Origin: Eledone cirrhosa
Taxonomy: Eukaryota
Length of the DNA stretch: 64,000 bases
Reading direction: 5' to 3'
Assembly: GCA_964016885.1 (NCBI GenBank)
Contig: OZ024743.1
Coordinates: forward strand, 226,486,001 to 226,550,000
Shown here in pieces: positions 13,460 to 28,104 of the stretch; position 1 is the stretch's first letter; every line of letters starts with the position of its first letter. The position numbers were made by a program, and so were the translations under genes. The notes under the pieces were generated by a model, which was not told the origin of the DNA, did not search any database, and worked only from the letters and a program-made list of their open reading frames with translations.

Positions 13460-14195
13460 ATATACGCACATATATGTATATATATATATGTATATATATG
13501 TATATATGTATATGTGTGTGTATGTAAGTATGTGCATGCGTGTGTGTGCATGTAAATAGTATACATAAATGAATAACGAAGCAAAAAGTTTAAATGAATA
13601 ACTAAATAAGAATGAAATTGGTTTTGAATTAATCAAAGCTAAGAGGTTTAGATATTCTTTATCTTCAATGAAATCTACTTTAACTTCGGTGTGTGTGTGT
13701 CTGTGTGTGTGTATGTGTATGTGTGTGCATGTTTGTGTGTTTTTCTTTTCCTATCTCTATATCGTTAGAATTCTAAGATTGTCAGATTGGTTCGTTATGC
13801 TTGAATGATTTGAATTTCTAAGTGTTAAATATAAAAACTATCCAAAGAAACAAATGATGGGAATAGATGGTTTTTATAGTGTTACCTTTACAGATGTAAT
13901 TTTAATGACTATGAGAAAACACTTCTCTAAGATTTTCTTTACTATATCCTTTCAGTCAGAACTATAATTTATTTTAACTAGCCCTAACTGAAGTTAAACA
14001 AAGTTATGGAGAATATTAACAGATGTTATTGTTAGGAATGTAATAAAGTGAATTCAGAATCCCAGTCTCTCGCACCGCTGTATTACTAACTACTACTTGT
14101 ATTTTGAATATATGTTGAATCTACATCGCTTTCTTAAAGCCTACTCCAGAAATTAACGTGTATTAAGTAACTGAGCATTATCACTGACATGTATC

Positions 14196-14385
14196 GGTGG
14201 ATTGGCAGTATCGGTAGAGGGTCGGACGCCATGCTTTGACGCATAGAATTACGGCCCTTGCCATTCTGAGTTCAAATCCCGCCGAGGTTAACTTTTCCTT
14301 TCATCCTTACGGGATCGATAAAATAAAGTACCAATAGTAACACTGGGTAATTGCTGGCCTTGTGCCAAAAAGTAGAAACAATTAT
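14196..14385 (+). mobile_element. SINE family A
   Basis: GGTGGATTGGCAGTATCGG (A-box-like), GAGTTCAAATCCC (B-box), core and tail; abuts a family B copy. Confidence 0.93.
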
Positions 14386-14585
14386 CACTGACATGTAACC
14401 CTTAATGTAGTTCACAGCGAGACTCAACGTGGTAAAGCTGTCCTTTGGAATTACAAGTACAACTTATTTTTTGCGAGCTAAGTGGATTGAAACAATGGGA
14501 AATAAAGTATTTTGTTCAAGGTCACAAGTTGCCACCGTGCTCTTACGATTATGAGCAAAACACACTCACCGCTGAAACACGTGCC
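14385..14585 (-). mobile_element. SINE family B, diverged
   Basis: TTTGGAATTACAAGTACAACTTATTTTTTGC..TTTTGTTCAAGGTCACAA matches family B. Confidence 0.6.
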
Positions 14586-16297
14586 GTATATTACACCTGC
14601 AATTAAAACGCAAAAGAGATCAATACAATAAGAACGAGACCTGAAAAATATGTGCTCGATTCAATATGACTAAAATCAAAGTAGTGCTCCATCATGGCAG
14701 CAGTCTAATAACTGAAACCACTCAAAGCGTGTTGTAATATAATTGGTATGGCGGTCACCCCCCCACGCAATAAATACGTGTTTCTCTTTGCTGTCTCATA
14801 TTTTTTACTTCTATTAACTAATGCTTTACTAGTAAAGTTTTGCGTGAAGTTTGCATCTCAAGGTATCTAAACATACATAACTAATAATTTAACCTTTCAA
14901 CTGTTGTGTTTTCATCACGTTTAATATTTTTTCATGTATTTCTTTGTTCGTCGTCAACATATCTATATATATTTCCAGTAGTAGGATGACATAATAAAGG
15001 ATAACATTATTCTGCATTATTATTCCTGCATAAAAGGGTAAATTTGTTCTCATACATATCTGACCAGTGAATTTGAAAATCATATAAATTCGAGGAATAG
15101 ATTTTACTACAATGAATTGTGTTTGAATGTTAAGAAATTATTAGAGCTATAGTAAGCTGTGTTGATCTGAGATAATATACTTACATATCTCTATGAATGC
15201 TACCAGACTTTATTCTTTTATATCTAAAATGTTCTGTTCAAATTTCCTTTGTGCTATAAAACAATATTGCATCATATCCAGCGGAAATATAGGCGCGTGG
15301 TATAGAAGGCACATGCATGTCCTCTTGGTTAATAGTATAGAGATGCAGCTCTATGTTTAAAAGCTACACTTCAAACTCGCGTGGTTCTGTGTTTAATTAC
15401 ACTGCATGGTACAATTGACAAGTGTTGACCAATGCATTGTCAATGAAATCAGATAGACAGAAACTGTGCGGAAGCACATGGTGTATATATATATGCATAG
15501 CTGTTTGTATGCATGTGTATAACAGTAGCTGATGCAAATAAACAAGAAAACTGATAAACTGATTCTTCTGAACAAAAGTCCATTATTATGTTTGATCCCC
15601 AGGAAATGCCCGAGAAACTCCTTCATTATTCCCATTACTATAAATACTGTTTACCAGTAAATGTCCGGTTAGAAACCTATAAATACCGACGCTATAATTT
15701 ATAATATGTTATGTATAAGGAAAATAAGTAAAAAATTAAAACTTTATACTTAAACCAGAAAATTGCAACTATATAAAATGATATTTCTCAAAATTTAATT
15801 ATAATTTGTCTGACATTTAATTTTGACAACGATTGATTTGGCATTAGTGTTAATATCAGTTGTTCACTCCGTTGAGTCACTCGTTTCCTTTTTAATTACA
15901 TTAGATTGTCCCGAGGGAAGTACATTGGAAGAGGTATATGTCATATGGACTCTAGACTAATTTCTTGCTTCAACGTAATGTGACTTGAATGATCTATTAA
16001 CAGATAATCAATTCACGAAAATAAAATTGTGAATTACTTGGATTGAGAAGAATATGTTGTTGTTTAAGCTAATGAAAATTGTAACCCAAATTGGCAGTTT
16101 CGTTAAAATGTCGGATAGAATGCCTTGTTGTATGCGTCACAGCTCACTGCGCTCTGAGTTAAATTAACACTGAGATCAATATTGACTTTTATTCTACGTG
16201 GTCGTTAAATAAAGTACCAGTCCAATACTAAGTTTGATTCTTGTCTCTATATCATTTGCACCATCTCTTTCGCGTTTTCTCTTTTCCTCTGTCGAAG

Positions 16298-16437
16298 AAA
16301 CTGGCTGTGTTCAGACTTCGAAACGAATTGCTCCGCAAGGTTCATATTCGCAAAGAATATGCTATGACGGCGTTACTGCGACTCATTGTGGATTTAAGGA
16401 GCCATCTATGGGTGCATGGCTGGATGGAGAAAGGGAC
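16298..16437 (+). CDS. Candidate isolated internal exon of an unidentified host gene
   Basis: Polypyrimidine tract plus AG ending 16297, donor GTAAGC at 16438, GC-richer non-repetitive 140 nt, open in two frames; no recognisable domain. Confidence 0.3.
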
Positions 16438-17136
16438 GTAAGCCAAAAGACCTTGGTCGAAAAGCATCACAGTTACTGCTAACTTAGTCTTATTATCGAG
16501 TTTTATAACACTTTATGTGTCTTTTCTTTTTTAAGAATGTAGTCGATCAAGTTGCTAGTGGTTACTACCAATTGTATCGTTGTGTTACTGAATAGTTCTT
16601 AGCTTGACTTTGTTATTTCGCAATAACTGGAAAGGTTTGTAGATACCAGTCAATATGTAAGTAACCGTCAACTAAACGTGGACAGTCTATAGAAAATTCC
16701 AATATAAATCTAAAATGTATCTTTTTCATAATGCATAATCGAAGTAGACATTCTGTAGTTGGTCATTGGTATTATTAAAGGCATGCTAAACACAATAAAC
16801 CGTCAGAGGTTACGAAGAGTGTCCAGTAGTTAGAAGCATAACTTATTATATTTCTACGTTCACCTTTGATCAATGTAAATGTTCAGAAGTATCCGAGGAA
16901 AGGTTATATACCGAAAATGTACGTTTCTTATATGAATGAATCAAACTGCTAATATTTTAAGGTTGAAATGATATTAGACATAACAAGTACTATTTTGACA
17001 GAGAAAAGAGAAGCAGGTTTACTGCTGGTTTGTTTGTTATAAACTATTGTTATAAATTATACGATAAATAATGGTGTTTCTGTGGGAACAAAACTAGCGT
17101 TCTGATGTTCTATCTACAGAACAAAGCTTCACGATG

Positions 17137-17223
<87 letters not shown>

Positions 17224-17370
17224 CTATATATATTCTGTCATTACTACCACAGAGATCCGACGAGCCATTGATTACAGAGTCGGGCTAGATCGATACGGAT
17301 CGAACCTTCAGCTGATCAATAGCGAAACGCACGTCACCAACCAATACACGTAATGAAGGAGTAACCATTC

Positions 17371-17702
<332 letters not shown>

Positions 17703-17798
17703 CATATATACATATATATACATATATAATCAAGGTTTAGCAAATAAGAAAAAGTTTCAAAATAAATTTTAAAAGATTCACTGTACTCATTATGGTTA

Positions 17799-17883
17799 CC
17801 TTTACCGAATCGGTTTCGAGTCTCAAAAATAAATGGACAGTCCTTGCGGCCTTCCATTGAAAAGATAAACACTCGTCAGAAGG
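17799..17883 (-). ncRNA. Type I hammerhead ribozyme, solo
   Basis: Minus strand: CCUU-CUGACGA-GUGUUU..AGACUC-GAAA-CCGAUUCGG-UA^AAGG; stem I 4 bp, stem III 4 bp, imperfect stem II. Confidence 0.7.
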
Positions 17884-17971
17884 GTCTTTTCACTCGGAGA
17901 ATATAAAATTCCCGAGTTCAAATTACGAACTGGCGCTATTCAAAACTGTTCCCGAGATGAGAATGAATGAT

Positions 17972-18027
<56 letters not shown>

Positions 18028-18033
18028 CATTCA

Positions 18034-18067
<34 letters not shown>

Positions 18068-18874
18068 GTATCACGGGCACTGTATGAATTAGTATAATAA
18101 ATTACGTTTCTTTATGTTTAACTTTCTTCACCTTGTACATGACGGCACACTATTGCAGATGAGCTTCACAGAATCTTTGGCAGCGATCTTAAAACACATA
18201 CATCAATTAGATGGTAAATTTGTTTTTGCCTTATGTAGGTTAGTTTCAACGACGGATAATCAAGTTGTTTGTCGAACGGAACAGCTTGCAACGCTCTAGT
18301 GGCTGACCATTCTACAGACACGTACATCTTGAACGTAATTCTCAACGAGATTCAGTGTGTTACAATTAAACAAAAAAAAATAAAATGGTAATTTCAATAC
18401 ATATTTCATTGTGAATTAATATTGAGTCAAATTTTCTCGAGGTGAGCATGAGACTATATGTTAAATGCTTCCAATTATTTATTTAGTACATTATGATAAC
18501 TGCATATTCAAAAGCAACAATGGAATGGCAACAACCGTCACGATTGTTTAGAAGAACTAACAATGTGGGAGATAATAGTAGTCTATGTGAACGCATGTAA
18601 GATAAGTTTATTTATAATAAGCATACAAGAGACGCGCTATGAATAGTTTAAGTTGTGATCCTGTCACATCTATCTCGTATTTAGTTGAAAATGATAGACA
18701 TTTGTTTCTGAACTTTTATCCTTCATTGGTTACACTTATTCAGCGGATTCTGAAGCAAGAAGAAACTAATGTTTATATGAGTTTCTGTGTCTGAAGCGTC
18801 GGATGGAGGTGCTCATTTGCGATGAGCAACTGGACTCGCTGGATACCCGACATATCAAAATAAGTGTTCCAGTT

Positions 18875-19130
18875 GTGTAAACAATGGAACATTCCGTTTG
18901 TGAAATTAACGTACAAGTGGCTGAACATTATACTGACACGTATACTCTTAGCGTTATTCTCAGGGAGATTTACTCTCTGACAATCAGTCCTTTCAATTAT
19001 AGATGTATCACCTTGTGGATTGGCGCAGCATGAAATAAGGTGCTGTGCACATGGGCATAGCACACCGACGAGAATGGAAATCACGACATTAAGATCGTGA
19101 CACAAAGACCACCATAACCAGTAAGCTTTG
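18875..19130 (-). mobile_element. SINE family B, diverged
   Basis: TGAAATTAACGTACAAGTGGCTGAACA..GTTATTCTCAGGGAGATT matches the family body. Confidence 0.6.
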
Positions 19131-19385
19131 TACATTAACTACAACAGTAATGATTGTAGTAGGAGCAACTGAAGTAACCAAGGTAGTTACAGCAGCAGCA
19201 ATTAAAAGAAAAGTGTCAGCCGCTGCCATTTCAATGCTGCAATTAGGTCAGTTATTACAAGTCACAAGGTTGATCTTTGGCATAGATATTTATTTATAGA
19301 CACAGATACACGCACACACGTACACACTCACACGCACAAACGCGCACACGCACACGCATATATATATATATATACATATATACAT

Positions 19386-19467
<82 letters not shown>

Positions 19468-19642
19468 TATATATATATGTATATATATACATCTATATAT
19501 ATGTATATATATATATATACGTATATATTTATGTAACGATTTATTTTCCTAAGAACAAAAAGAGATCATAGTTACTTAAAGTGATCAAATAGAGAACGCA
19601 CATGATGTATTTCGTACAAAAATAACTCCTATAGGTCATACA

Positions 19643-19728
<86 letters not shown>

Positions 19729-19856
19729 AATATATATATACATACATATATATATATATTGCGTTCATATTCAATGCATATATATACATATATATATACA
19801 TTGCGTTCATATTCAATGCATATATATATATATGTGTGTGTGTTTGTGTATGTATG

Positions 19857-19940
<84 letters not shown>

Positions 19941-19956
19941 CATACACACACACACG

Positions 19957-20012
<56 letters not shown>

Positions 20013-20204
20013 TTGAATATGAACGCAATTCTGAAAGTTCCAGGAAATGTCTTAAATTAATACAGAAGAAAAATACACAGTTTCATGTTGGCACCAGTTG
20101 CTTCTATTTCATCACCTTCAGCTTTATCTTGATTCAATGTTATTTACACAATCAATTTTCTAATTAATCTAACTACAAAGTTTCTCTGTTGTTGTAATGC
20201 ATTT

Positions 20205-20400
20205 TGCTCTTCTGTTATTGTTGTTGTAGTTGTTGTTGTAGTTTTTGTTGCTGCTGTTGTTGTTGTTGTTTTTCTTCTTCTTCTTCTTCTTCTTCTTCTT
20301 CTTCTTCTTCTTCTTCTTCTTCTTCTTCTTCTTCTTCTTCTTCTTCTTCTTCTTCTACTTCTTCTTCTTCACCATCACCATCACCATCATTATTATCGTC
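20205..20400. repeat. (TTG)n/(TTC)n trinucleotide microsatellite
   Basis: Direct observation; source of the poly-C/S/F ORFs. Confidence 0.95.
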
Positions 20401-21321
20401 GCTATCGCCACTACTACGATCTGCTCGAACAGAAACGTTAGCCTTTGAAACTGGGAGTAATTCTAGCCAGTTTGTGAATGTGGTTACCGTTTCTTGGGCA
20501 TGTCTTCATACTGGCCGGCAGGATCATTGTAAGGCAGTCACTATTAGTTCTCTATTGGTCAGAACATGTTGCCAAAACTTTGAATTTATTGAAAGTTATT
20601 GAGAGTAAAACCGATGGTTTTGTGGAGGTATTTAGTGTCTAGAAACATTAACTAAACTGTCTAGTCCGTAGGGATTTCAGAAATCTCTGGTTTGGCAATA
20701 AAACTACTGATGAGGGGGCATTAAGAGAATTACCATCATACAGACATGAGTCGTATCCTTGACACCCGGACGAAATCTTTCTGCACGCAATTGGTCAACG
20801 TCCAAATACGGTTTACTTACGGATTTATGTCAAACATCTGTTGACCCATGTGGGCCGGATGCAGTTATCACCCAAATCCAAATCATGTGATTCCCTTAGC
20901 TACCTACTTTTGGCCAGGAATAGCATTATGTTTTTTATCTACCTAAAGACTATGCCGAAATATGTTGTATATAAAGAAGACTGAACAGCTCGTGCTAACT
21001 ATCTTCATCAGCCAAGCCCTCTTTCCTTCTATATATTCTGCAGGGATAAGAGGTGATGGTGTGAATCGAGGTTTGCCGTCGAATATTTCTCTAAGTTGGT
21101 ATAAATGTCGAATACGGACCGTGATAATAGACATAGTCTCAACATGAGTCTGTAGATAGGAGAACACAGCTGGTTGATGCTACATACCCATAAACCTAAA
21201 TACAATATTGGATCAGTAAAGCTTTCTGATTGATGTGAAGTATTGCCCATCAGCTATCTTGAGATGGCGGAAATTGTGGTAAATAAAGAATCAGGATTAT
21301 TAGTATATACTAGGTTAAAAG

Positions 21322-21960
21322 CAGTGGGTTGGCAGTATTGATAGAGCGTAAGGCTTGCTTTAGGGCATAGTGTTACGGCCTTACATATTCTGAGTTCAAA
21401 TCCCGTCGAGGTTAGCATCGCCTTTCATTCTTACAGGGTCGATAAAATAAAGTTCTAGTAACGCACTGGGGTAGATTTAATCGACATTCCTCTTCCTTTC
21501 AAAATGCTGGCCTTGTGACAAAAGTACAAAGAGTTATATAATGTGTGACGTGTGGTGGATGGGTAGTAGTCATAGAACGTCGGACAAAAGATTTTGCTGT
21601 TTTAGTTACGAGTTTCTACGTTCTGAGTTCAAATCCCGATGAGTTCAACTTTGTCTTTCATCATCCTGTGAACGATAAAGTACCAGTTAGGTAATTGGCA
21701 CGATATAATCGAATTTTCCCTTTCACCAAATTGCTGGCCCTGTGCCATTATTGTTTGAGCGAATTAATATGTGGTGGTTCAGCAGATGAGTGTACTGGAT
21801 TGGCAGAACGTTCAGAGTTCAAATCTCGCCAAGGTAAACTTTGCTTTGCATACTTCCGAGATCAATTAAATATAGTCTTAGCAAAATGGTGAGGTAGATT
21901 TAAACGAATTCTTCTCTGCCTCCTAATTACTGGCCTTGTGCCTAAATTGGAAACCATCAT
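21322..21960 (+). mobile_element. Cluster of three diverged SINE family A copies
   Basis: Three GAGTTCAAATC B-boxes (about 21392, 21625, 21815), each followed by core and GGCC(T/C)TGTG tail. Confidence 0.85.
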
Positions 21961-22246
21961 AATTATTATTTCATTTCAACTCAAATGGTGAAGAAAAAAA
22001 TATCGTACAAGTATACAAGTAAAGTAACAAACAAATAAAGTGATAAACACATACATTAGAAGCAGAATTAATTCCTATCACGTTTACATATTTAAATAAA
22101 ATAACTTCAGTCACCATAGCAATGTTTGGTTACGAAAGAATTTCGAATGAGTCGTTTAAAGGTTGTTTCTTTGATGACTAGATGCAAGCCATGGTTGGTA
22201 TTTATATTTTGATGTAAATCTGTTACTGTTTGTGTGTTGAAGTTTG

Positions 22247-22308
<62 letters not shown>

Positions 22309-23148
22309 ACTCTTTCTCTCTCTCGCTCTATCTGTTACTGTTTGTGTGTAGGTGTTTGCGAGCCCTCCCTCTCTCTCTCGCTCTCTGTTAGTATTTGTGT
22401 GTTGGTGTTTGCGCCTCTCTATATCTCTCTCTCACTCTCTCTCTCTCTCTTTCTCTCTCTTTGTTAGTGTTTGTGAGTTGGCGTTTGCGCCTCTCTATCT
22501 CTCTCTTTCTCTCTCTCTCACTTTCTCTCTCTTTCTATTTCTCTCTCTGTGTTAATGTTTGTGTGTTGGTATTTGCGTTTCTTTCTCTCTCTCCCTCACT
22601 CTCTCTCTTTCTCTCTCTCGCACTCTCTCTCTCTTTTCTCTCTTTCTCTCTTTGTGTTGATGTGTTGGTGTGTATGTATGTTGGTGTGCGTGTGTATTGG
22701 TATGTTGGTGTCTTGTTCTTTGTGTGTTCGTGTGTTGGTATTTGTCTCTACTGATGGCTCTTTGTTTGATTTGGTGTGTTGGTGTTGGGGTGTTGGTATA
22801 TTAGTGTTTGTGTTGATGTATGTGCTAGGTGTTAGATGTATAGACAAGATAAGTTCTGATCAAGCAGAGCTATGGACAAATAGATTTAAGGTACTTCTTG
22901 GTGAGTTATGCATGTCAATATTACCGCCGCCGTTGTTACGTACTAGAATACACATGTCTGAAATATGTTTAAGGCAAAGATTTATAAAAGGCCAGATCGT
23001 TTGGATAACATACTGTTTCTAATTAGTAGTCACCGAGGAAAAGATTAACTGGTTACTGGAACAATTAGAAACAGGGTGAGAATGAAGAAGAGGGAAAATG
23101 GAAAGAGGGATATATATGTAGATGTATATATATATATATATATTTGTA

Positions 23149-23339
<191 letters not shown>

Positions 23340-23760
23340 CTCGCTACTATATTGTTATATAATGGATGATCGCATTTAAAGTCCGTTAAAGGTTCTTGGC
23401 ACTACCATTGTTACCATCGCTTTCCTCTAGCCATGGGGTTTGGAGACATGAACCGAATGCTACCATTCTATTTTATATCAATGTGAACTGGTATTTCTAA
23501 TAGCCATTTTTTTACTTTTTTTACCCCTTGATAATTTGTGTGTGAGACACGTTGGCTGAGGGCTTCTGACAGGAACTAAAAGATTGATTCTTTTCAGCTT
23601 CCCGTCCCCACGTAAAAATTGTAAATCAGTGGCTAGTTGAGAGATAGAGACCTATCGGTTGCCAGTTAATCGCTTTACCGTGTCGGTTGTCACAAACAGT
23701 CATAACCGGCTCGGGCCGGTATTTGGATTATGTCGATCGATTAGTTATTGTTTTGGCGAT

Positions 23761-23872
23761 ACCCGCTGATGAAGCAGCATAAGCCGATTGTGCATTGTTT
23801 CATAATGTATGCAGACAGATGGTGCAGTGCACCTTACTGCTGCATTAGTGCGGCAGAAACTCGAGTCCGGGT
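23761..23872 (+). ncRNA. Type I hammerhead ribozyme, solo, with palindromic stem III
   Basis: ACCCG-CUGAUGA-A.GCAGCAU..GUGCGGC.A-GAAAC-UCGA-GUC^CGGGU; predicted cleavage after 23867. Confidence 0.8.
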
Positions 23873-24053
23873 GCCTCATAGGCACCCGTTTTACGTGTGT
23901 TGTGTTGAGGCAAATAACTATGTGTATTCTGGACAGAGAGCAGAAATAGCCGTCGTAACGGCTTGAGCTCTGCTGTCGGGGTCATACCTTTTCCTATTTC
24001 CCACTCTACTACCCTAAGTGCGTTATGGTCCATCTGGTTCCTTACCACATTTC

Positions 24054-24090
<37 letters not shown>

Positions 24091-24135
24091 AAAGGACTAT
24101 GTATATATAGGACTAAAGGACTCTGTATATATATA

Positions 24136-24894
24136 CTAGCAGAATGGCCCGGCGTTGCTTGGGCTTCTAAACATAGATTGGCATGTTTATCCTCCTTTCT
24201 GAAACAGTACAGAGAAGTACGGAATACCTCGGCCTGGGGATGGTGTCTACATGTTGTGCTTATAAAAAAATTTGTCGTAGATTACCAGGGGCTTACTTAA
24301 TTGGTGGACTGAGAGCAATATGTTCAACCCACGAAAGCCAAGACGATAGGTTTAAGTAAAAAGGCATTCGAGAAACCGAACATGTATTTGTTGTGCTATG
24401 GTACAACGAAAGCAATATTTACAGAACAGAAAGCATGTGGGAATGCAGTGGTGGACAGCATGAAGGAATTTAGTTGGATACTTTTAAGGTTACACAAGTC
24501 TACCGAATCTGATATAGACCGAACGGTTATATAGGATGCCGAATGTTTTGGAGTTACTATTGGGGTCACCATCAACAGTTTCAAGGGATGTACATTTAAG
24601 TAGGGATAATATAGTCTATAAAGAGAGGTAACTCTTTCAAAATACTAAACAGTTGTCTCTCTTGAACATTGTAGACAAAATTGCCGAACTAAAAGGGCTT
24701 AATGTTTTAGTGAAAAAAACGCCTTTAACAACATAAAATTAAAACAGAAAAGGTGCAGTTAATATCTTTAGACCACAAGGAACATATAAATGCAAGTTTG
24801 AAGTCAATCGGAGTTGAAATGTGGATTTGTATAGACTTTGCCAAATTCAGGGGACACACACACAGACAACTTCAGTTTTATATATATGTATAGA
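24136..24894 (-). mobile_element. Non-autonomous Helitron
   Basis: Minus strand begins TCTATACATATATATAAAA and ends with hairpin GCCCAAGCAACGCCGGGC followed by CTAG, in an A/T target. Confidence 0.75.
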
Positions 24895-24897
24895 TAC

Positions 24898-24951
<54 letters not shown>

Positions 24952-25531
24952 CGTGTGTGTGAGTGAGGGCGGGGAGTAACAATTTGCATGATAGATAGTC
25001 ATCACGCTACTTTCTCGATAATGCAATGAAGCAATGACACAGGTTGTGGATCAGCTGTTTTACAATTTTATAATCTTTGGATTAAGGATACGAGTAATCA
25101 TGTAATGTAATATTAGAATCTGTTTAATTCATACACTTCAACATTTCAACGTAACGTTCAAGTCCTCGTTACTGCAGAAATTAAGATTATCTCAGCTGAC
25201 GGTTTGAGATGTTTGTAAACTAAATGTAAGTAATAAATTAGATACCTTCGTCCACTTCATTGGGTGGTGCGCCTGTGGTATATAATATAATTTCGTTGAA
25301 AGGATCCCATCAAGTAGTTTAACAATATATTGTATACTGACCGAAACCATCACGTAGCTTAATAATACATCATATATTTAGAGGAACAAGCTCAGTTGAT
25401 CTGCTTATTGTACAACATAAAGAGCTGACCGTTACATTGAAATCGAATTGGATAAACACTTTTGGGCTTAAGGTTAAATCTAATAAGTTTCCCGTTAAAT
25501 ATTTCACGTGCTTTTACACTAGAGAGTACAC

Positions 25532-25611
<80 letters not shown>

Positions 25612-26088
25612 GGGGGGGGGGAGAGTTCCGGGTTCAATCAGGCGTAACCACAGTAAGTAAGGTACTCAATACATTAGTAGATGGCTTCTAGAGGACTAGA
25701 AATGTTTCATTCAATGGAAATCATCCTGAAAATTTCCTTCGAATGAAACAGTTCTAGTCCCGTAGTACCTATTTCTACACACACGCACACACACACACAT
25801 ACACACATATATATATATATACGAAATGTCGTATTAATTCATTATACGTTAAATTCATAGCATGTATTGAAACCGGGTAGTAAACATGTTATCATATCAG
25901 GTAATACATGTAACTCCATATCAGGCAAGCTGTAATAAATTTATTTTAGACAGTGCACGTTATTTGATATTTAGTACCACACGTAATTTTACAATATATC
26001 CATATATGTTATTTCACATTTGTTTGTAACAATGTAATATTTAGACATTGCACGTAATTACACATTGACCTACACGCAATTATTATCA

Positions 26089-26302
26089 ATTGGCAGTATC
26101 GGTAGAGAGTCGGACTCCATGCTTTGCAGCATAGAGTTACGACCCTTTATGATCAGAGTTCAAATCCCGCCGAGGTTATCTTTGCCGTTTATACTTACGG
26201 GTTCGATAAAATAATGTACCAGTCACGCACGGGGGTCGATTTAATCGACACTTCCCTCTCCCAAAATTGCTGGCCTTTTGCCTAAAGTAGAAACCATTAT
26301 TA
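26089..26302 (+). mobile_element. SINE family A inserted in a degenerate tandem repeat
   Basis: A-box, B-box, core and tail all present. Confidence 0.92.
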
Positions 26303-26900
26303 AGAATTACAGTATCGCGTATTAGTCAGTACACGTTGTTGCATCAAATATAGTACGTATAATTTCTTATTAGTTAATATTCCCCATCACATTATAAGTT
26401 TTCATATTAGTTAAGATAACTCATAGTATTATACAGTATACGATTTTCATGTTAGGGAATATGCTTAATATCCTATCAAAGACTAAACGAAATTTTATAC
26501 AAGGCATATACATAGTTTCATATTAGATACGTGAAATCACCAGATTGATAGCCAACAACCTGTGAAATATCTAGCCAATCCTACATTTTTTCATGTACGA
26601 AGTGAAGACCAAAACGCAAGATTATTTTTTACTTTGAAGAGAGCGTTGTAATGCCGAAATGAGAGCATAATTATTTAACTACAACAGCAATATATATATT
26701 GTTAACTAGTCGAATACTTTGCGGTATCTAATTTGGCTTTTGTGTTTCGACTTCAAACCGTGAATCCTTTTGCCAGGAATTACGAGAGGCAAAAACTATA
26801 GGCAATAGAAAGACTAACGGAAACATTGTTTCTCATTTCCTGACACACACATAAATACATATTTACACACATACACACACACACTCAAATACACACACAA

Positions 26901-26970
<70 letters not shown>

Positions 26971-27131
26971 ACACACATACACACACACACTCAAACACGC
27001 ACCCATCCACACATCCTCACACACACACACAAATGAGCCGATTTTCGTTTGGGACAAGGGAAACAATGTTTCCATTGGTCTTTCGATTGCATATATTATC
27101 TGCCCTTGTATATATATAAATATAAATATAC

Positions 27132-27163
<32 letters not shown>

Positions 27164-27437
27164 ACGTCCAAATACCAATGTGAGAAGTCAAAGTTATTTT
27201 CGATTAAGGAAATTTTCCATAACAAACAAAATTATGTTATATTCGATAGTGATTTTCTTTTCGAAACATAATTAAATAAACGAATAAATAAAAATATAAG
27301 TTATTTTAATATGATTTAGAATGTTGAATAATTTTATCTTTGCTTCAATATTATTATTATTGGCGTGGCTAATTTTGTTGTCGTTATGGCTGGCGGTGAT
27401 GTGGATATTTACATTTTCGTATATTTGCCTCTTTTCA

Positions 27438-27491
<54 letters not shown>

Positions 27492-27714
27492 CTCGCTCTC
27501 TCTCTCTCTCTCTCTCTCGCTCTCTCTCTCGCTCTCTCTCTCGCTCTCTCTCTCTATCATTCTCTTTCTTCTCTTTTTTCGACCTTTCCTTTCCGCTTTG
27601 CGTCTAATTTTTGAAATTTGCATAAAATTTACAAAAAATTACACAAAAATTACAAGACCAAACATTTGCATTCACATATGCACACACAGGCACAGACACA
27701 TTATATACATACAC

Positions 27715-27800
<86 letters not shown>

Positions 27801-27838
27801 ACATACATGTATACAAACGTGTATATAAATATACATAC

Positions 27839-27886
<48 letters not shown>

Positions 27887-28104
27887 ACAAACGTGTACAT
27901 ATCTCTCTCTATATATATATACGTGCACACATATAATCATTATTAGGAATGACCGACCTACCTCTGTTATCGAACAGAAAATTAAGTTCCGACACCGCAA
28001 CCTACCAGCAAATTTAGTGTTTATCATTGATTCTAATCTGTAATGGCAGAAGCTAAATACATAGCGGGAAGCATCATTTAAAATGAATAATTAATAATAA
28101 TAAT

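Noticed and set aside
14196-14290. tRNA gene (A and B boxes)
   Set aside because: No cloverleaf; it is the head of a multi-copy SINE
20430-21260. Possible decayed retroelement coding sequence
   Set aside because: No unambiguous motif could be recovered by eye; needs BLASTx
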